Source of the DNA: a virus
Length of the DNA stretch: 64,000 nucleotides
Strand: one strand, 5' to 3'
IMG/VR virus record: IMGVR_UViG_3300037069_000805
Coordinates: 1 to 64,000 of that record
The notes below the pieces were generated by a model. The model searched no databases. It saw only the letters and a list, made by a program, of their open reading frames with translations, and was not told the DNA's origin. A program made the translations under genes and the position numbers. Shown piece after piece: positions 58,969 to 64,000 of this stretch. The number at the start of each line of letters is the position of its first letter. The stretch's first letter is position 1.

Positions 58969-60666
58969 TTAATATCCTTTATTATTTTTACGTAAATAAC
59001 CTCCATACATATTACTTGTAATAGAAGTTCCTACAAATTTATTTGGATCACCAAAAGATGGTGTACTATTTTTTTCAGCTAGTACTTGTTCATATGTTTT
59101 TTTAACACCAGTTTTCTTATTTACCATATACTTTCCATCCCACGAATATCCTAAGGCTTCAGCAATTTGATTTTTTTCAACTTCTTCTTTACCAATAGCT
59201 CCTAAATCAGTACCTATACTACCAAGTAATTTAGATTTTTGAGTATCATAATTAGCTGTATTTCTATCATTAATATCTAATTCAGCATTAGATTGACTCA
59301 TATTAGCTTGATTAACTCCTAAATCAAATTGTTGTTTATATTGTTTTTGTGCATTATTTAATTCGTTTGCTTTTAGATATGCATCTGACATACCTTTAGT
59401 ATAATTAAGATTAGCTCCTAATATATTACTTCTTAAAGCTCCTTCTGAACCATTAGTAGCATTTGTAAGTGCATTAATAGTATTATCATTTTCATTAGAT
59501 ACTGTATTTTGTAAATTTCTTTCATCAACATATGAAGGATTATATGTATTAGATAATCTATCTAATCTTTCAGCTTTTGGTTTTTTTAATTGAGATAACT
59601 GAAATGCATTCATAGCTACTGGAGCATATTTTAAAAACTTACCACCATTTTTATCTAAATAATCACCAATACCTGAATTAGAATTAACTGGTAAAGTAGA
59701 TTTAACTAGTGAATTAGATGGTTGTAATAGTGATGTTGTAGGTTGTAAATTATTACTAACTAAACCTTGCTTTAAACCTGTTGTATCTATTGAAGATACT
59801 GGATTTCTTGCCGATGTAAAAGCATATTGTCCATTTGGAAAACCTAAATTACTAGAATCATATATTCCTTTAGGAAAAGTATCTTCTTCTAATGGACCTC
59901 CATATGCAAAATCATTACTAAATTGATTACTAGCTTTAAAAGCTTGTCTATTTGCTTCACGTTTAGCTTCTTTTTTAGCACTAATTCCAGTTATAAATCC
60001 ACTTGCTAATTTACCTACTTGACTACCAATCATTCCACCAATAGGACCACCAATAGCAGTTCCTGCCAATGTTGTACCTGTTTCAATTCCAGCACTTAAT
60101 GCACCATCATTATCTCCAGCTATAAGTGAATTTATTCCAGCCATAGCAGGTTGTATTGCAGCAGTATATCCACTACCTTCAGCACCTTCTGCATTATCTA
60201 AATCACCACCTAAAAACATTTGTTTTTGTTGTGGTTGTACAAATTGTTCCATACCTTCTGGTATATCTCCACTATCTTGATTAGAAACTTGTTGAGAATT
60301 AGCTTGCATAGATTGATTAATTTGTTCTGCTTCAGCTTGTCTTTTAGCTTTTTCAGCTTCTTGAGCTTGTGTTAATCTACCTAATAGAGTCTTTCTAGTT
60401 TCCATTGAAGGTTTATCATTCCTATCTTTAAATTTCTTATCTATTATTTTTGAAGCATCTGCATAAGTTTTACCTTTAACATAAGATGGTAAGTTCATAT
60501 CTTTAGCAGTATTTTCATCAATAGATAATCTATTTGAATAAATATAATTACCAATCTTGGATTCACCTTGTTCTACTGTATTATTTTTACCCTGTGGTAT
60601 TCCGCCTCTTGGGTTTTCACTATGTGTTTCACCTACATTAAATTCCGTTAGTTTATTATTCTCCAT
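58969..60666 (-). CDS. virion cargo/ejection protein with glycine-zipper segment (crAss-like)
   Basis: GETHSENPRGG...VEQGE...YSNR N-terminus; GTAIGGPIGGMIG TM-like region; likely start 60666 (track 60702). Confidence 0.65.
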   Translation of the reverse strand: MENNKLTEFNVGETHSENPRGGIPQGKNNTVEQGESKIGNYIYSNRLSIDENTAKDMNLPSYVKGKTYADASKIIDKKFKDRNDKPSMETRKTLLGRLTQAQEAEKAKRQAEAEQINQSMQANSQQVSNQDSGDIPEGMEQFVQPQQKQMFLGGDLDNAEGAEGSGYTAAIQPAMAGINSLIAGDNDGALSAGIETGTTLAGTAIGGPIGGMIGSQVGKLASGFITGISAKKEAKREANRQAFKASNQFSNDFAYGGPLEEDTFPKGIYDSSNLGFPNGQYAFTSARNPVSSIDTTGLKQGLVSNNLQPTTSLLQPSNSLVKSTLPVNSNSGIGDYLDKNGGKFLKYAPVAMNAFQLSQLKKPKAERLDRLSNTYNPSYVDERNLQNTVSNENDNTINALTNATNGSEGALRSNILGANLNYTKGMSDAYLKANELNNAQKQYKQQFDLGVNQANMSQSNAELDINDRNTANYDTQKSKLLGSIGTDLGAIGKEEVEKNQIAEALGYSWDGKYMVNKKTGVKKTYEQVLAEKNSTPSFGDPNKFVGTSITSNMYGGYLRKNNKGY

Positions 60667-61186
60667 AATATTTATAAGTTGTTTTATTATTCCTACTACC
60701 ATTCAACCAACGTGACATGTATTTAGGATTTAAGTTATTTTCTTCACAACATTCTGTTAGTGAATTATATATTTTATTTGTTAAGGTACAAATTACTTTT
60801 TTAGAATTATGATGTTTTTCTCCTTTAATTCCATACATAGGATTATTTTTACCAGTATTTCTAATTTTAGAATTAAGCAAGTACTCTTTAGTATATATTC
60901 TTGGTAAAATATTAGTTTCTACTAAAACACAATTTAATCCATTTTCAGATAATACATCATAATAATCTTGCCAATATCTTTCTCTAATATTTAGTTCTTC
61001 AAATTTACATTCTTCAATAAATTCTATGATATGATTTTCAAAACTATATTTATCAAAACTATTAAATAATCTAACTTGTTTATTATGACATTTATATTTA
61101 TAATAAGATATTCTTTTCTTGTAATTTCTTGTCTGCCCAATATATATTCTACCTTTTGGATTTGTTATTTTATATATTCCAATCAT
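60656..61186 (-). CDS. GIY-YIG homing endonuclease
   Basis: GIYKITN...IYIGQT...R...LNIRE...GLN; KNNPMYG tail. Confidence 0.9.
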   Translation of the reverse strand: MIGIYKITNPKGRIYIGQTRNYKKRISYYKYKCHNKQVRLFNSFDKYSFENHIIEFIEECKFEELNIRERYWQDYYDVLSENGLNCVLVETNILPRIYTKEYLLNSKIRNTGKNNPMYGIKGEKHHNSKKVICTLTNKIYNSLTECCEENNLNPKYMSRWLNGSRNNKTTYKYYGE

Positions 61187-61198
61187 ATTTAATATTAT

Positions 61199-61226
61199 AA
61201 AAAAAAGGAGAGCGTTAACTCTCCTT
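61199..61226 (-). terminator. intrinsic terminator after the 98-aa gene
   Basis: AAGGAGAG/CTCTCCTT stem followed on the minus strand by a T run. Confidence 0.7.
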
Positions 61227-61234
61227 GATTGGTT

Positions 61235-61531
61235 TTACTTAAATGTTAAATTCTTAAACGTCTTTCCACTGTCGGTAACAATGTAGTAATAATTAGATTT
61301 TGTTAAACAAATCAATTTTTTACCTCCTTCTGTAGCGACAATACAATGAATATTTGGATTAATGTTTTCCAAAGTAAACATCTTATCGTCAGGCTTGTTG
61401 TAAAAGGCATTGTAAGCCGTTTCAAATTTTGAAGGTGAATTTTCTCTTTCAATAATTGAAAAAGATTCTCCTAATCCCTGATTATAGACCACGTTATCTT
61501 GGTCTATGCTAATCTCTGTTAATGTGTACAT
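61235..61531 (-). CDS. hypothetical protein in a moron-like cassette
   Basis: ORF track; N..LG..F and YYIVT.SGKTF.NL motifs; has its own promoter and terminator. Confidence 0.7.
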   Translation of the reverse strand: MYTLTEISIDQDNVVYNQGLGESFSIIERENSPSKFETAYNAFYNKPDDKMFTLENINPNIHCIVATEGGKKLICLTKSNYYYIVTDSGKTFKNLTFK

Positions 61532-61603
61532 AATTTGTGTGTATTTATATATTGCCTACTCTTTAGCTTTTCGGCTTCCGCTATGATTTTAAATATGTCA
61601 ATA

Positions 61604-61635
61604 CAAATATAAGGAATTTTTATTAGAATTCCAAA
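61604..61635 (-). promoter_or_regulatory. Bacteroidota sigma70 consensus promoter
   Basis: Minus strand TTTG-GAATTCTAATAAAAATTCCT-TATATTTG: perfect -33/-7 elements with a 20-nt spacer. Confidence 0.75.
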
Positions 61636-61666
61636 TTTTTAAATACATATTTTATAATATTTTTTA

Positions 61667-64000
61667 TTATGTAGTATAATAAATAGATGGTGAATAGAAA
61701 ATTAATTTATAGTTATTTTCATTTTGAAACTGAAGTTTCAATTTAATATATGGAGCACGAATTCTATTTCTATTTTGACGAGGAATCAACACATTCCAGT
61801 CACGAAATTTTCTTCTTGCATTTTCATTTCTTCCAACAACTATTGGAACCAGTCCACTATCTTGATAATCATTATAAGCTTGTATTTTATTTAAAGTTAT
61901 TTCAGGTTGATCTACATTATTTAATGTAACATCAGATTTAAAATTAATATTATCAAATACACAATCTAAATTTGGTTCTGGGTTAACATTAAATGTAATA
62001 TAAGAAGGAAATATTTCACCATAAAATGAATTATAATCTCCAGCATATTGTTTCCATATTTGAGATATATCAGGTGAAGTAGTAATAAAATTATCACCTT
62101 TACTCATATACATAGACGGAATATAATCATAGAAACTAATAAAGTTCTGCTTATTCTCATTATAAGATAATGTAAATGATTGATCATTTTGATGTAATGT
62201 TATAAATATATCATTATTAATATAATCAAAAGATACTACCACACCTTGTTTAATTAACGGATTATCTATTTTAAGCTCTTGTAAGGAACTATTATTATAA
62301 AAGTATGTATGCATACCTTTTGTATCAGATTGTCCTTCTATTTGTCCTCTAAATGAGTTAAATGATCTATTTAAAGCATCATAGTAATATATAGCAGATG
62401 ATGAACTTGCAATAGCCCATTTATTTATACTTCCAGATTCAGTAGTAATATAATTATAATCTTGTAATACTGAACCTAAACCTAATTCTAATGATAATCC
62501 ATCACTAGCTTGTGTTTGAACTCTTGGTAATATAGATATAAATGCAATACCTGTATCTTGAAATGAAAATATATTATCTTTGAAACTATATAATGAATTT
62601 ATTGGTCCATATTCACCTTTTAAATGTAATATATTATTTACTTGAATATCAGTCCAGCTATCTATAATCTCACCAGGAACTTTAATTTTAGTTGATATTA
62701 TAGTAGTGTCAAAATTATTTGTTTTTTTAAATTTATAATCAACATCTCTAGTTTTAATTAAATTAGATTGTTGAGAATAAACTGTATTATATTTTTGATA
62801 TTCATTATATTGTGGTTGAAATCTATTATCCCAAGGAGTAAGGCTTAAATCATTTCTGTTTTGTAAATCTATAGATGTTTCCAATCTTACAGATACTATT
62901 TCAGTATGTTGTTGTGAATTTTTACTATATACTTCAGTTTCGGTTTTAACTAATTTTGTAAACTGAAACTTTTGAACAAATGTATCTCCTGGATGTTTAC
63001 AGTAATAAATATTTGTATTTATTTCTTGGTATTCACCTATTTCAATATAATTAGTTCTTTTCTTAGATTCATAACTATTACCTTTGTATAAATTACCAAC
63101 ATATATTAATATATTAGGTATTTTAAATTCTCCAATAACAGCGATATCATCATCCATTCCTAATGATGCATGTATATCTTCAAGTTTAGTTCTATCTTCT
63201 GTTGCAAGTGAAGAATCACCTAATGCAAATGTAATATTTTTAGAACCAAAAGTATTTACTGAATATAAATATCTACCACCATCAGCAGTTAATTGTTCTA
63301 ATGAATTATAAAATACTAGTTCAGAATTATTTGCATATATAGTTCTACCTTGACCTTTTTCAACAAGTAATGGTGTACTATAAGTATCATATGTAGTTAT
63401 AATAGATGGATTAAATGTTCCCATATAACTTCTATACGTTTGCACAAATTCCATATTATCATCACCATGTGCTACTTCAAAAAATCCTTTATCAACTAAA
63501 TCCATCCAATTTCCTATAGTTTCTTGTAGATTTACTCCAACAGCTTTAACATCATATGGTGATATTGCACCTATAACTTTAGTTTCACTAATTACTTGTT
63601 TAGTTTCAATTTTTCTAAGTTGTCCCCAAAAATAATTATTATCATTTTTAGCTCCACCTATCACATTAAGTTGTACATTTGACATATTTTGAATTAAATC
63701 AAATGTTGCTTCTGGAGAATACATTTGCATAAGTTGATTAAACTGAAATGTTTCAGATAATCTATCATCTGCATTTGAAGTATTAAATACTTCTGTACCT
63801 GCACCATATGTAAATGGTGAAATTGGATTAGGTTTTAAATTTGGATGTATAGTAGGATCTTGACTATCAACTCTATCATATGTTGACATTCTATATTGAG
63901 GGCATAAATAATTATCATATCTACGCATTAATGATGGTAATTTATCTCCAGCATTTGCAAAATCTATTGCTTCAGGACTAAATGGTGCTGTATTAACATT
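61667..64000 (-). CDS. tail stabilization / muzzle protein (crAss-like), 5' end outside the window
   Basis: Frame is open to the window edge; GDTF, DSWT, YGPIN, F.SFYDY.P, RKFR.W and NRIR..Y motifs typical of the crAss-like stabilization protein. Confidence 0.75.
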   Translation of the reverse strand, partial: NVNTAPFSPEAIDFANAGDKLPSLMRRYDNYLCPQYRMSTYDRVDSQDPTIHPNLKPNPISPFTYGAGTEVFNTSNADDRLSETFQFNQLMQMYSPEATFDLIQNMSNVQLNVIGGAKNDNNYFWGQLRKIETKQVISETKVIGAISPYDVKAVGVNLQETIGNWMDLVDKGFFEVAHGDDNMEFVQTYRSYMGTFNPSIITTYDTYSTPLLVEKGQGRTIYANNSELVFYNSLEQLTADGGRYLYSVNTFGSKNITFALGDSSLATEDRTKLEDIHASLGMDDDIAVIGEFKIPNILIYVGNLYKGNSYESKKRTNYIEIGEYQEINTNIYYCKHPGDTFVQKFQFTKLVKTETEVYSKNSQQHTEIVSVRLETSIDLQNRNDLSLTPWDNRFQPQYNEYQKYNTVYSQQSNLIKTRDVDYKFKKTNNFDTTIISTKIKVPGEIIDSWTDIQVNNILHLKGEYGPINSLYSFKDNIFSFQDTGIAFISILPRVQTQASDGLSLELGLGSVLQDYNYITTESGSINKWAIASSSSAIYYYDALNRSFNSFRGQIEGQSDTKGMHTYFYNNSSLQELKIDNPLIKQGVVVSFDYINNDIFITLHQNDQSFTLSYNENKQNFISFYDYIPSMYMSKGDNFITTSPDISQIWKQYAGDYNSFYGEIFPSYITFNVNPEPNLDCVFDNINFKSDVTLNNVDQPEITLNKIQAYNDYQDSGLVPIVVGRNENARRKFRDWNVLIPRQNRNRIRAPYIKLKLQFQNENNYKLIFYSPSIYYTT

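Noticed and set aside
42670-63311. Short plus-strand ORFs in the - arm (42670, 43903, 49573, 50380, 54963, 63084)
   Set aside because: They lie antisense within giant structural or RNAP genes and have the Leu/Ser/Phe-rich composition of reverse frames.
1-64000. Stop-codon reassignment (TAG or TGA) as in some crAss-like phages
   Set aside because: Giant late genes are uninterrupted in the standard code, and TAG and TGA end well-defined genes.
1-64000. Reverse-transcriptase systems (DGR, retron), integrase or transposase
   Set aside because: No RT, recombinase or transposase motifs were recognised in any ORF.

Overview
This very AT-rich window comes from a lytic dsDNA phage of Bacteroidota (crAss-like / Cellulophaga phi14:2-like, probably infecting Flavobacteriaceae) and uses the standard genetic code. 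Two convergent arms meet at a bidirectional terminator at about 38972-39010. The + arm has an early region of tiny membrane and lipoprotein ORFs and structured RNAs, including a tmRNA and several non-canonical tRNA-like RNAs. It continues into a replication and nucleotide module: DnaB-like helicase, Sak4-like ATPase, primase, a degenerate UDG, RusA-like and PD-(D/E)XK nucleases, dUTPase, class II RNR, SF2 helicase, DUF5664, an HD hydrolase, ThyX and a metallophosphoesterase. No DNA polymerase was recognised. Embedded in this module is an 8.8 kb phiEco32-type amidoligase cluster (GGCT, ATP-grasp, two class I GATases, COOH-NH2 ligase, class II GATase, amidoligase). One of its GATases is split just before the catalytic Cys codon by a group I intron that carries an antisense homing endonuclease. 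The - arm has a tail stabilization protein (cut by the window edge), ejection proteins and the giant virion RNA polymerase block (DYDID motif), with free-standing homing endonucleases at gene junctions. The best leads are the expanded amidoligase cluster, a family of anticodon-less tRNA mimics, and a tmRNA with an unusually long 42-codon tag. All calls come from motif recognition by eye; no searches were run.
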